A DNA stretch of 61,127 nt, filler included. It is 7 parts of 7 records of this genome, joined end to end, with 100 filler letters (N's around TTAATTAATTAA, not from the genome) between each part and the next. Parts side by side here need not be neighbours in the genome. Positions count along the whole stretch, not along the records: positions 16,702 to 27,845 come from SRR31156797_46541; 6 more parts are not named here. One strand, given 5' to 3'. Shown piece after piece: positions 18,011-27,722 of this stretch. A model generated the notes under the pieces. It was not told the origin of the DNA. It worked only from the letters and a program-made list of their open reading frames with translations, and searched no databases. Each line of letters begins with the position of its first letter. Position 1 is the first letter of the stretch. The position numbers were made by a program, and so were the translations under genes.

Positions 18011-18694
18011 TCATATACCAGCTTTATTCTCAATAGGCGTTATATCTTTGTGCTTTAGCAAAGATATAGCCATCACAAAACTTACTATATACATCACACT
18101 AAGAGCAAAATATATAAATCCGTCAAGTGCTATAGGGGTAAACCTATACATAAAATCATCAATTTGATAATTAAATATATTCAGTAATGACGCAATAAGT
18201 ACCAAAATAAATATTGTTCGAACTTTTCCCTTTGACTTTATTATTAGAGCAATGGATAAAATAACCTCTACAGCAACTAAAATATAAAAAATTATACTCT
18301 CTACGCTATTTAATGGTCCTCTGAACCTATCCAGTTCCTCTGCAGGATTATTGTTAATAATAATCATCCATAGGAACATTCCTAAGCAAATTATAACTAT
18401 CCTTAGAATTTTCGTATAGACAAGACCTTTCGTCATTTTACAAATACCTTCGTTTTGTTTATATACAAATATAACGGCAAATAATATGAAAAGTCTTAAA
18501 ATAAAGGCGATAGACTCTGCAATAATACTATTGCTGTAGTTATTGCTAATAATAAAGAAAATTTCATGCGGCATCACAATAGACAAATCCAGTCTGGATA
18601 ATCCTAATATTAATTCATGGATAATTCCCAGTATACACATTAGTCCTATTACCTTATTGCTGTGTTTAAATTTGATTTCCTTGTTTAATATCAT
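18011..18694 (-). CDS. Hypothetical multi-pass membrane protein, paralogue 4 of tandem array
   Basis: About 6 hydrophobic segments; GGGAGG RBS; shares motifs with the three neighbours. Confidence 0.8.
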   Translation of the reverse strand: MILNKEIKFKHSNKVIGLMCILGIIHELILGLSRLDLSIVMPHEIFFIISNNYSNSIIAESIAFILRLFILFAVIFVYKQNEGICKMTKGLVYTKILRIVIICLGMFLWMIIINNNPAEELDRFRGPLNSVESIIFYILVAVEVILSIALIIKSKGKVRTIFILVLIASLLNIFNYQIDDFMYRFTPIALDGFIYFALSVMYIVSFVMAISLLKHKDITPIENKAGI

Positions 18695-18734
18695 TAATCC
18701 TGCCTCCCATTTTTACAATATTAATTCCGTTGAG

Positions 18735-19412
18735 CTAATTTATTTCTTTATCTTTTAACTCATTTTTAGTACGCATCAACCCAAACGCCAGTTGAAAACT
18801 CGCAATATATAAAAGATTTGTAATACTATAAATATATATATACAAATCTATTTGAATAAAAACATTAATAAATTCACTTATTTGATAAACAAAAGTTTCT
18901 ATAAGCATTGCTAACAAACCAAGAATGAAAATAGTTCGTATTTTTTCTTTAGATTTTATTATTAATAATATAGACAAAACTATTTCTTGTAGAATAAATA
19001 TAAATACGACTATATTTTCAAAATCAAAAAGACTACTGAGAAAATTAATATTAAAGCTGTTGGTTCCTTTATTCAGACTTAATATTAATATCATCATAGT
19101 CAGTCCCACAATAAGAATACGTGATAATTTTATATATATTAAACTCTTTGTCATTATCCTTTTGCCTTTGTTACCATTGTATATATGAGCAATTGCGAGT
19201 AATATAAATATCCTGAAAACAACTGAAACAATACTCGAAGCAACAGTATTTTTATAATTATTACCAATTACAGATAGTATTCCTGATGGATTATCTGATG
19301 AAATTTCCAATCTGGAAAATGCTAATATCAGCTCGTGAAAGGTTCCAAGAATACAAAATAATTCAATTATTTTATCGCTGTGTTTTATTTTGATTTCTGT
19401 GTCTAGTTTCAT
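18735..19412 (-). CDS. Hypothetical multi-pass membrane protein, paralogue 3
   Basis: Clearly similar to 18011-18694 (EIKxKHS, CILG, HELIL, NNY, IIKSKxKxRTIFIL); ATGA overlap with upstream gene. Confidence 0.8.
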   Translation of the reverse strand: MKLDTEIKIKHSDKIIELFCILGTFHELILAFSRLEISSDNPSGILSVIGNNYKNTVASSIVSVVFRIFILLAIAHIYNGNKGKRIMTKSLIYIKLSRILIVGLTMMILILSLNKGTNSFNINFLSSLFDFENIVVFIFILQEIVLSILLIIKSKEKIRTIFILGLLAMLIETFVYQISEFINVFIQIDLYIYIYSITNLLYIASFQLAFGLMRTKNELKDKEIN

Positions 19413-20071
19413 TGTCTATCCCTTCTATTATCTGTTATCAATTTCATTGAAATAATATAACCTGCTATATATATAATGCCTGTAAGCGCCATGTACACAA
19501 ACTCTTTATATAAAATTACATGAAAAATATTTATTTCAATCCGTATAAACCCTATAAAGAAAGCAAATATACCAATTGCCAATAATTCGAGTGCAAACAG
19601 CTTCTGTATTTTTGCCTTTGAAATCAATAATAATCTTATTATTATCACTATTTCGCAAACGAAAAACAGCAGATACATTACTGATGAAAAAATATATCCC
19701 AGTCTATCAGGTGAATACATTAAGAGCACAGAGCTAAATGTATTTGTAAGCAGCTCTAAACCGCCCAGATAAATCTCAAGACATAACAAAGCTTTTATTA
19801 TTATCAATATCCATGTGTGGAAATACAGTGCTCCTCTTTTTTGTATCGCATATAACACAGCGAAAAAAATCACCATTCTAAAAATATTTATCAGCAATTG
19901 TATTATAGCGTCATATTTGTATGATAAATTAAACAGCCTACCAAATATCTGCGGATTACTAAATAACCCAGTTAATACATATATAATCTCCAGCATTATG
20001 CCTGCAAGGCATAATAAAATAATAAGTAAATCAAGTAATCGGCTGTGGCTGGCTGAGATTTTCCTAATCAC
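19409..20071 (-). CDS. Hypothetical multi-pass membrane protein, paralogue 2
   Basis: CLAGIMLE, FRMVIFFA, EIVII..SKAK motifs; GTG start overlaps upstream stop. Confidence 0.75.
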   Translation of the reverse strand: MIRKISASHSRLLDLLIILLCLAGIMLEIIYVLTGLFSNPQIFGRLFNLSYKYDAIIQLLINIFRMVIFFAVLYAIQKRGALYFHTWILIIIKALLCLEIYLGGLELLTNTFSSVLLMYSPDRLGYIFSSVMYLLFFVCEIVIIIRLLLISKAKIQKLFALELLAIGIFAFFIGFIRIEINIFHVILYKEFVYMALTGIIYIAGYIISMKLITDNRRDRQ

Positions 20072-20736
20072 TATTTTGCACTTTTATCATTTACGAGTAA
20101 AGACAAAGCAATTAAATAATTGATAATAAACAGTAATCCTACTATACCAAGCTCAAGTGCGCTTCCATAATTATTTGATAGGGTCATATCTTTTAACAAG
20201 CTGAGTTTATTTATTAATGGAAATACAAATAAGAGCACTAGTGCGATCATCTCTATTATGAAAATCTTCCTTTTATTCTTTCTTGATTTAACCAAAAGCA
20301 ATATTAGTAAGTATGCCTCAATACCCATTAACAAATAATAACATGCATTATAAACGTATATCCATCTGGCAGCTTCGATAGAGTGCTCTGCATTATCAAC
20401 CATCGCATTAGCGATTAATGAATATGCAAAAAAGCCTACCCCTATAACTCTTAGCAAACGAACCACCATCAAATCCTGAGTTCTTATATGTACCGGTGTG
20501 TCTAGACTTGTTGATGTAATTACCGCAAACAAAATAGATAGTCTTATCAGGGATACTAGGATAGCAATAATATAATGATTATTATTCATCCAATAAAATA
20601 CGTTAACAACAATATCAATATCTGCAAGCAGCTGAGATAAAAACCACAATATTTCAACTACTATACCTATGAAGCACAGCAGACCAATTATTACTCGGAT
20701 AATCTTTGGATTAATCTCTTGATTTAGTTTTACCAT
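20071..20736 (-). CDS. Hypothetical multi-pass membrane protein, paralogue 1
   Basis: CFIGIVVE, IRLSILFA, EAYLL..KSRK motifs; GAGGTG RBS. Confidence 0.78.
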   Translation of the reverse strand: MVKLNQEINPKIIRVIIGLLCFIGIVVEILWFLSQLLADIDIVVNVFYWMNNNHYIIAILVSLIRLSILFAVITSTSLDTPVHIRTQDLMVVRLLRVIGVGFFAYSLIANAMVDNAEHSIEAARWIYVYNACYYLLMGIEAYLLILLLVKSRKNKRKIFIIEMIALVLLFVFPLINKLSLLKDMTLSNNYGSALELGIVGLLFIINYLIALSLLVNDKSAK

Positions 20737-20750
20737 TTTCCACCTCTTTT

Positions 20751-21296
20751 TTACCTAAAATCACAATTAATTATATGGTCGTTTACTACACCTATAGCTT
20801 GTATATATGAATATATAATGGTTGTCCCAATAAACTTGAATCCTCTCTTTTTCATATCTTTTGAAATTTCATCTGATAATGGAGTGCTTGCCGGCACCAG
20901 AGAGTCATCTTCCCATTTATTATCTATTTGCTTGTAGTCTGTAAAATGCCATATATAATTATAAAATGAACCAAACTCCTTCTGAACTTCTATAAATCTT
21001 TTTGCATTGTTTATAGATGATTCCACCTTTAGTCTGTTTCTTATTATTCTGGTATCGTTTTTTAACTGCCCAATCTTTACAGTATCATAATTTGCTATTT
21101 TTTCATAGTCGAAGTTATCATAAGCTTTGCGGTAGCCCTCACGCCTCTTTAGGATAGTTGACCAGCTAAGACCTGCCTGCGCAGATTCCAATACTAGAAA
21201 CTCATACAGTACTTTCTCATCTTTTGTAACTTTTCCCCATTCGTTATCATGGTACTCCTGCATTGATTCATGCGTTCCCCAGCTGCATCTTTTCAT
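20751..21296 (-). CDS. tag: DNA-3-methyladenine glycosylase I
   Basis: RCSW, YHDNEWG, LESAQAGLSW, IIRNRLK, GFKFIG, VNDH..C. Confidence 0.96.
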   Translation of the reverse strand: MKRCSWGTHESMQEYHDNEWGKVTKDEKVLYEFLVLESAQAGLSWSTILKRREGYRKAYDNFDYEKIANYDTVKIGQLKNDTRIIRNRLKVESSINNAKRFIEVQKEFGSFYNYIWHFTDYKQIDNKWEDDSLVPASTPLSDEISKDMKKRGFKFIGTTIIYSYIQAIGVVNDHIINCDFR

Positions 21297-21330
21297 TACT
21301 TTCTCCCATTATATCTCTTAAATACTAGTT

Positions 21331-21339
21331 ATTATACCA
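21331..21339 (-). promoter_or_regulatory. Extended -10 promoter for tag and downstream genes
   Basis: Minus strand TGgTATAAT about 35 nt upstream of tag. Confidence 0.6.
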
Positions 21340-21424
21340 CAGACTAATACTATTATTAACATTGTTTTCCTAAATTGTTTTTATATTGTGCTTGTAAGTT
21401 CCATTATGTTTATTTTCCTATTTG

Positions 21425-21453
21425 TTGCATTATACTATTATGGACTGTATAAT
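21425..21453 (+). promoter_or_regulatory. SigmaA promoter for rbfA operon
   Basis: TTGCAT-N17-TATAAT. Confidence 0.7.
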
Positions 21454-21480
21454 AAAATAATAGTAAAAGGAGACCAGAAA

Positions 21481-21834
21481 ATGGCAAACTATAGAACACA
21501 AAAAGTGAATCATGACATACAGAGATTGGTTTCACAGATTATAAGAGAAGAAGTAAATGATCCAAGGGTATCAAAGATGTGCTCTGTGCTTCGTGCTGAT
21601 GTTACAAAGGATCTAAAACATGCAAAAATATATATCAGTACAATTTCAGAAGAACACCCATTGAAAGAGACTGTTAATGTCTTGAACAATGCAGCTGGTT
21701 TCATCAAGCACAGACTAAGCGAAACAATGCACACAAGATCTGTTCCCACTCTGAAATTCATCGGCGATGTATCAACACTTCACAGTATAAATATCGCAAA
21801 AGCTCTGGAGGATATCCAGCATGATGAACAATAA
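21481..21834 (+). CDS. rbfA: Ribosome-binding factor A
   Basis: DPRV, VTKDLKHAKIY, AAGFIK, VPTLKF; AAGGAG RBS before ATG 21481. Confidence 0.93.
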   Translation: MANYRTQKVNHDIQRLVSQIIREEVNDPRVSKMCSVLRADVTKDLKHAKIYISTISEEHPLKETVNVLNNAAGFIKHRLSETMHTRSVPTLKFIGDVSTLHSINIAKALEDIQHDEQ

Positions 21835-22777
21835 TACAATTAGTGAAATTCTGGATGTAATTACATCTGCTAAGAAGCCTCTCATTGTATGTCATGAAAA
21901 TCCAGACGGCGATACATACGGTTCTGCCTTTGGACTAAGGGCAGGACTAAATATGGATTGTGCAGATATCGCCTGTGCAAATAATATCGACTGGCCGTTT
22001 ACTGAGCTGAATATAGAAGGCACTATACAGAAGATAGATGATATCTATGATTTGTACATATTCGTAGACTGTGCAGATAATATTAGATGGGGCGAAGCAA
22101 TTAATTCACAGCTGAATCCAAAAGTTAAAAAAGTAAACATTGACCACCATCCCACCAATAACTGCTACGCAGACTACAACTATGTACTGGCTTTGTCTTC
22201 CACCTGCCAGATTATCTTTGATATTTTGATGGAACACACAGACAGTATTTCAAAAGAAACAGCCAACTATCTATACATTGGCGTTATAACCGATTCAGGT
22301 CTGTATGTCCACGGTTATACCACCTGCCATACATTATTTACAGGTGGAAGGCTGATAGATTTTGGTGCTGACTTTGAGCGAATATCTAAACTATTATTCA
22401 GAACTGTTAATAAAAGCACTGCACTATTAACAGGAAAACTATACAATAATTTAGAAATTATAAATGATGAAATAGCAATTTCCCATCTCACATTTGATAA
22501 TTTCAAATCAGCCAATGCCAATTATGAAGATAGTGAAGGTCTTATAACCCATTTAACCAATATTGATGGTATGAAGGTTTGTGTTTTCTTAAAGCAGATT
22601 GAGAAAAATACATATAAGGCAAGTCTACGCAGTATTAACGGTGTAGATATTGTAAATCTTGCTTTGGAATACGGCGGTGGCGGACACAATCAGGCAGCTG
22701 GTTGTAGATTCACCGGCAAAATTGATGATATAAAAAAAGAAATTATAGAAAACATATACAAATTAGAAATTTTATGA
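21821..22777 (+). CDS. nrnA: DHH/DHHA1 phosphoesterase (NrnA-like)
   Basis: HENPDGD, VDC, NIDHH, TDSG, SLRS, GGGGH. Confidence 0.88.
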   Translation: MMNNNTISEILDVITSAKKPLIVCHENPDGDTYGSAFGLRAGLNMDCADIACANNIDWPFTELNIEGTIQKIDDIYDLYIFVDCADNIRWGEAINSQLNPKVKKVNIDHHPTNNCYADYNYVLALSSTCQIIFDILMEHTDSISKETANYLYIGVITDSGLYVHGYTTCHTLFTGGRLIDFGADFERISKLLFRTVNKSTALLTGKLYNNLEIINDEIAISHLTFDNFKSANANYEDSEGLITHLTNIDGMKVCVFLKQIEKNTYKASLRSINGVDIVNLALEYGGGGHNQAAGCRFTGKIDDIKKEIIENIYKLEIL

Positions 22778-23646
22778 ACGGATATTTGAATATATTTAAA
22801 CCCACAGGACTTACATCCAGCAATGTGGTAAGCCGTGTCAGATATAATCTGAAACTAAAGAGAGTAGGACATGCAGGTACTCTTGATCCTGCTGCTGCAG
22901 GGGTGCTTCCTGTTATGATTGGCAGCGCATGCAAAATGTTTGATTATCTTAATCTGGATAGGAAAAAGTATATAAGCGAATTTACATTCGGACACCATAC
23001 CAATACACTTGACCAGCAGGGAGAAATACTGCAAAGCTCAGATACTGTACCCAGCACAGATGATATTAAAAGAATTATTGCAGAAAAGTTTATCGGAGCT
23101 ATAGATCAGATACCGCCTAAAATATCAGCTATCAGCATTGACGGCAAGAGAGCCTATGCTATGGCAAGAGACGGCAAAGAGTTCAGCATTCCCAGCAGAA
23201 AAATTACCATATATAATTATAAGCTTTTACGGCAAACAGGGGAGAAGTCGTTCCTCTTTGAGATTGAGTGCTCCAAAGGTACATATATCAGAAGTCTTTG
23301 CAGGGATTTGGCAAAGCAGTTAAATTCACTTGCTTATGTCAGTTTTCTCTTGCGAAGTGAATCAGGATACTTTAATATGAATAATGCAATAACTTTGGAG
23401 GAATTAGAGCAACATTCCACAAATGGCACAATTGCAGATTATATCATAAATATTGATGCACCATTATCTCATCTAGAAGCATTAAATATGTCAAAGAAAT
23501 ATGAGAAGAAGCTGCTAAACGGCGGAACAGTGGAGCTAAAGGGTACAGAGGATAAGAAGCTGATAAAAGTCTATATAGATAATGGCTTTATCGGCATAGG
23601 AAGAGCACAAAATGAAATCGTTAAAATACAGAAACTTTTTATATAA
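22774..23646 (+). CDS. truB: tRNA pseudouridine(55) synthase
   Basis: KPTGLTS, GHAGTLDP, QIPP, CSKGTYIRSL. Confidence 0.96.
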   Translation: MNGYLNIFKPTGLTSSNVVSRVRYNLKLKRVGHAGTLDPAAAGVLPVMIGSACKMFDYLNLDRKKYISEFTFGHHTNTLDQQGEILQSSDTVPSTDDIKRIIAEKFIGAIDQIPPKISAISIDGKRAYAMARDGKEFSIPSRKITIYNYKLLRQTGEKSFLFEIECSKGTYIRSLCRDLAKQLNSLAYVSFLLRSESGYFNMNNAITLEELEQHSTNGTIADYIINIDAPLSHLEALNMSKKYEKKLLNGGTVELKGTEDKKLIKVYIDNGFIGIGRAQNEIVKIQKLFI

Positions 23647-23653
23647 TACCAGA

Positions 23654-24577
23654 ATGGATAATCCATGTGTAATACTTGGAAATTTTGACGGTGTCCATCT
23701 GGGGCATGGTCTGCTGATTAATACAGCTGTCAATCTATATGGGCAAGAAAATGTAAAGGTCTATTACTTTGACCCTCATCCAAAAAACATCATATCCCCT
23801 GATACGGTTCCTCGTATTCTATCTCCCTACGAAATCAAGAAGCGGATATTTCACAACAAATACAAAGTAGACTTTGACACAATACCTTTTACCAGCGATC
23901 TATCCCATATGTCAGGGTATGAGTTTGTTGATTTTCTGATAAAGCACACAGGAGCTAAGTACATTGTAGTAGGCGGTAATTACTGCTTTGGTCATATGGC
24001 GAAGTACAATGCACATGATTTATACGAAATGGGAAAGACCCTAGGAATAAAGGTACACATAGTAAATGAATTGATTATGAATAATAACGTGGTGTCATCT
24101 ACAGTGATTCGTAAATGCTTAAAAGAAGGAAATATCGAGCTTGCTAATAAGTATTTAGGCAGGGTGTATTCAGTAATAGGTAAATGTATAGTAGGCAAGC
24201 GTATCGGCGATACCATCGGCTATCCTACATGTAATATGGACATAGATAGCAATATTCAGTACCCCGCATCAGGTGTATATGCTACAAAGCTTAGGATACT
24301 ATCCTCCAGTACTCCAGATAAATTGATGCCTGCAATGACTAATATCGGCTACAATCCTACGATTGCGCAAGGAAATCAAAGAGGCATTGAAACTCATATA
24401 TTTGATTTTGATGAGGATATTTACGGCGAAGAAGTAGAAGTGTTTTTCTACAAAAGACTTCGTGAAGAACGGCACTATAAGTCTATTGACCAGCTGGTAT
24501 CCCAGCTTGATGTTGACAAAAACATGAGCCAGAATTATTTTGAGGATTTAAATTATGAAGATTTGTTCATTTTGTAA
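23654..24577 (+). CDS. ribF: Bifunctional riboflavin kinase/FAD synthetase
   Basis: GNFDGVHLGH, VSSTVIR, GYPTCN, GVYA, NIGYNPT, ETHIFD. Confidence 0.95.
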   Translation: MDNPCVILGNFDGVHLGHGLLINTAVNLYGQENVKVYYFDPHPKNIISPDTVPRILSPYEIKKRIFHNKYKVDFDTIPFTSDLSHMSGYEFVDFLIKHTGAKYIVVGGNYCFGHMAKYNAHDLYEMGKTLGIKVHIVNELIMNNNVVSSTVIRKCLKEGNIELANKYLGRVYSVIGKCIVGKRIGDTIGYPTCNMDIDSNIQYPASGVYATKLRILSSSTPDKLMPAMTNIGYNPTIAQGNQRGIETHIFDFDEDIYGEEVEVFFYKRLREERHYKSIDQLVSQLDVDKNMSQNYFEDLNYEDLFIL

Positions 24578-24628
24578 TATTATGTTTAAGGTATGGCTAA
24601 ATTCTAGAAATTATATTATAGTATAGCT

Positions 24629-25069
24629 ATGAATACTCAAATGTACACAATCTTTGCAATGCTTGTTCGCTACGTTCTGCTTGTAATTGTTTTTATAGGT
24701 ATTATTCAGGCAATCAAGGAAAGCCGCAAGGACAATATATACAGAGGCTTTACAGAAATCGCTACACTTTTGATAGTTGACACTAGAGAAAAGTTCGCTT
24801 TGGAACAGGATAATACCATCGGCAAAGCAAAGAGAAATGATATAGTAATTAAGCACAGGAGTGTGGGACAATCCCATGCCAGGCTGTATTTCGAGACTGA
24901 TGAATGGATAATTGAACCCTTCAGACGCAAAAAGGTCTTTGTCAATATGTATCAGGTTACGGATAAATATATTATAAAAAATAATGATGAAATTGTTTTC
25001 GGCGATATGGTATGCGTATTTAATCAGCATGAATTATTGCTAGAGGAGGGTGAAATTGAAGAAGATTGA
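24629..25069 (+). CDS. Membrane-anchored FHA-like domain protein (degenerate pThr site)
   Basis: N-terminal TM, then TIGK..NDIVI..VGQSHARL and VFVN..DEIVFG FHA-like strands. Confidence 0.75.
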   Translation: MNTQMYTIFAMLVRYVLLVIVFIGIIQAIKESRKDNIYRGFTEIATLLIVDTREKFALEQDNTIGKAKRNDIVIKHRSVGQSHARLYFETDEWIIEPFRRKKVFVNMYQVTDKYIIKNNDEIVFGDMVCVFNQHELLLEEGEIEED

Positions 25070-26297
25070 TAAATTTCGCCTCCATCTGGATAAAGCTGCA
25101 TTTTTTGTTATTGCAGGTTATATTCTGCTTTCATTTCGTGGGGAAAAGCTGGATGCCAGAGCATTATTTCTGATGCTCGGAGCACTGCTTTTGCTATTCA
25201 TAGAATTTATTGTGATTAAATCATTCTTTATGGGAATAAGTAAGGCACTATTAATATGTATGAATATGCTCCTTGCCATATCCCTTATAATGCTCTATCG
25301 TCTGGATATAGAGTACGGCACAAGGCAATTAATATGGATTAGCCTTGGCATGATTGCCATGTTTATTACCATGCATTTTCTAATCAAATACAAAAACCTC
25401 CACAAACATCATTACATATATATGGGCATTGGGCTTATCCTGCTGGCAATGAGTCTGGTCTTTGGTTCTCTTATCGGGGGAGCAAAAAACTGGATAAAGT
25501 TTGAGTCTTTGGGGCTTAGTTTTCAGCCGTCGGAATTTGCGAAAATAACCTTAATTGCTGCATTAGCCAGCATATTTTGCCACAGACAGAGGAGACTACT
25601 GCAGTTTCTGGCTATCTGTTACGCTATGGTAAGTATTTTAATGCTTGTAATGAGCAACGATTTGGGAGCTTCCCTGCTATACTTTTTTACATTCATTTGT
25701 ATATTCTATGCTGCAACCAGCTCAGGCATATTGACCATTACCGCTCTTTCCATGTTTGCAGGTGCGGCATATGCCAGCTACTATCTGTTCTCTCATGTAA
25801 AAACCAGAGTAGATGTATGGATTGATCCCTTTACCGATCCAAATGGAAACGGATATCAATTGATACAGGGCTTAATCTCCATGGTTTCCGGCGGTGCTTT
25901 TGGCTCTGGGTTAGGCGTTGGTTCTCCACGTTATGTACCAGCATATGACACAGATTATATATTTACTGCTATCAGTGAAGAAATGGGACTAATCATGTCA
26001 ATATTTATAATATTAATATATGTAATTATCCTCTACGAAGGGGTAAAGGCTGCATATCACGCAACCAACAGATTCTATTCACTGCTTGCCCTTGGTTCTA
26101 CTGTACTTATTACCATTCAGACATTTATCATTATCGGCGGTATTATCAAATTAATCCCCTTAACAGGCATAACATTGCCTTTTGTGTCCTATGGCGGCTC
26201 ATCCGTTGTAGTATCTATGGTATTAATGGGCATAATTCAATCTGTAACATATAAGAACAACAATAACGAAATTTTTGAGGATATTTCTCTTGGATAG
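25050..26297 (+). CDS. SEDS family (FtsW/RodA/SpoVE) peptidoglycan glycosyltransferase
   Basis: GAKNWI, FQPSEFAK, DLG, GYQL, TDYIF, PLTGITLPFVSYGGSS. Confidence 0.94.
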   Translation: MKLKKIDKFRLHLDKAAFFVIAGYILLSFRGEKLDARALFLMLGALLLLFIEFIVIKSFFMGISKALLICMNMLLAISLIMLYRLDIEYGTRQLIWISLGMIAMFITMHFLIKYKNLHKHHYIYMGIGLILLAMSLVFGSLIGGAKNWIKFESLGLSFQPSEFAKITLIAALASIFCHRQRRLLQFLAICYAMVSILMLVMSNDLGASLLYFFTFICIFYAATSSGILTITALSMFAGAAYASYYLFSHVKTRVDVWIDPFTDPNGNGYQLIQGLISMVSGGAFGSGLGVGSPRYVPAYDTDYIFTAISEEMGLIMSIFIILIYVIILYEGVKAAYHATNRFYSLLALGSTVLITIQTFIIIGGIIKLIPLTGITLPFVSYGGSSVVVSMVLMGIIQSVTYKNNNNEIFEDISLG

Positions 26298-27672
26298 ATT
26301 ACGTAAAAATATAAGAAATTTAGCTGTCTTACTGGTTATCATATTTCTGATTATGATTGTATACATGATATATGATGTCATTGTATTGCAGAATTCTCTG
26401 ATAAATTCACCCTATAACGGCAGAATGGATGATGTCCGTGAATCAACTACATCAGGTAGTATCTATGACAGACACGGCATACTATTGATGAGCGGTGATG
26501 ATTCAGATACAATTGATACGGAAACCGCTATAGCAACCTGTCACCTGATAGGCGATGAATATGGTTTCTGCTCAGCAGGGGCGATTACTCAATACGCTTC
26601 CATTCTCCTTGATTACGACAGAAATATTTTCGAGGAGATTTATAATGCTATTTCAAAAGATGAAATAAAAGGTGATGATATAACCCTTACTATTGATGCC
26701 AATTTAAATAAATACGCTGGTAACTTACTTGATAATTATAATGGTGCAGTAGTAGTGCAGAATTACAAAACAGGAGAGATATTAGCCATGGTATCTAAAC
26801 CTGATTTTGACCCAAATGCTATAGACCCTCAATATCCCAACGGCGGTGCGGCAGATGAGTCTCTGGTTAATCGTGTCACCTACGGACAATATTCCCCGGG
26901 AAGTCTTTTCTATCTCTTTACTCTTGGCGCAGCTATAGAATATCTGGATGATTATGATACAAAAAGCTATGTATGCACTGGTACATGCTCCATAGATAGT
27001 AAAATATACCAATGTGATGAACCTCATGGCTCAATAACTATTGAAGAAGCATATCTAAATGACTGCAAGACTGTAATGGCTCGTCTGGGAGTAGAGATTG
27101 GTGCAGCAAAATTAAATAGATATGCAAGTCAATTATTGTTTAATAAAAGATTTAATTACAGCAATATTTATATGACCCAGTCTCATTTCCATCTGAGCTT
27201 CAACGAGGAAGATGATGGCATAGCAAATGCTGCAATCGGTCAGCATGAGGATACTGTGTCCCCTCTTCATATATGTATGCTCTTTGGTGCAATAGCAAAT
27301 GACGGCTACCTGATTGACCCAATGCTGATAAAGAAAATCAGCGAGAGATTCATTGCATCTGACAAGTATGGTATGCGAGTCTTTTCCAAAGATACCATTA
27401 ATGTTTTCAATGAGATTTTAAATCAGTCATCTGATGAAACCCAGACTGATTTAACCGTTAATACCGACGGCATCAATATTCTTGGCAAATCAGCAAAAGC
27501 TATAGTTCACTCGGAGGATTTGGTGCTGCCTAATATCTGGTACGCAGGATTTGTTGACAGCGAGGAGCATCCTCTGTCTATCACTGTAATAGCAGAAAAC
27601 TGCGTAGATGAATCATTCAGCAAAGATATTGCGGAGGATTTGCTTATGTATGCCATCGCTCTAGGCTACTGA
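26275..27672 (+). CDS. Class B penicillin-binding-protein-like protein with degenerate active site
   Basis: GSIYDRHG, LTID, TGEILAMVSKPDFDPN, AIGQ, VSPLH, WYAGF; SxxK, SxN and KTG motifs altered. Confidence 0.85.
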   Translation: MRIFLLDRLRKNIRNLAVLLVIIFLIMIVYMIYDVIVLQNSLINSPYNGRMDDVRESTTSGSIYDRHGILLMSGDDSDTIDTETAIATCHLIGDEYGFCSAGAITQYASILLDYDRNIFEEIYNAISKDEIKGDDITLTIDANLNKYAGNLLDNYNGAVVVQNYKTGEILAMVSKPDFDPNAIDPQYPNGGAADESLVNRVTYGQYSPGSLFYLFTLGAAIEYLDDYDTKSYVCTGTCSIDSKIYQCDEPHGSITIEEAYLNDCKTVMARLGVEIGAAKLNRYASQLLFNKRFNYSNIYMTQSHFHLSFNEEDDGIANAAIGQHEDTVSPLHICMLFGAIANDGYLIDPMLIKKISERFIASDKYGMRVFSKDTINVFNEILNQSSDETQTDLTVNTDGINILGKSAKAIVHSEDLVLPNIWYAGFVDSEEHPLSITVIAENCVDESFSKDIAEDLLMYAIALGY

Positions 27673-27722
27673 TATATTCCTTCATTTACATTATAATGTA
27701 AAAAAATAATAATATTATACCC

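Noticed and set aside
18011-20736. Membrane paralogues as microbial rhodopsins
   Set aside because: About six helices and no conserved retinal-binding Lys (DxxxK/SxxxK) in the last helix.
21388-21480. Hydrophobic N-terminal extension on RbfA in the ORF track
   Set aside because: The extension spans the promoter; RBS and homology support the start at 21481.
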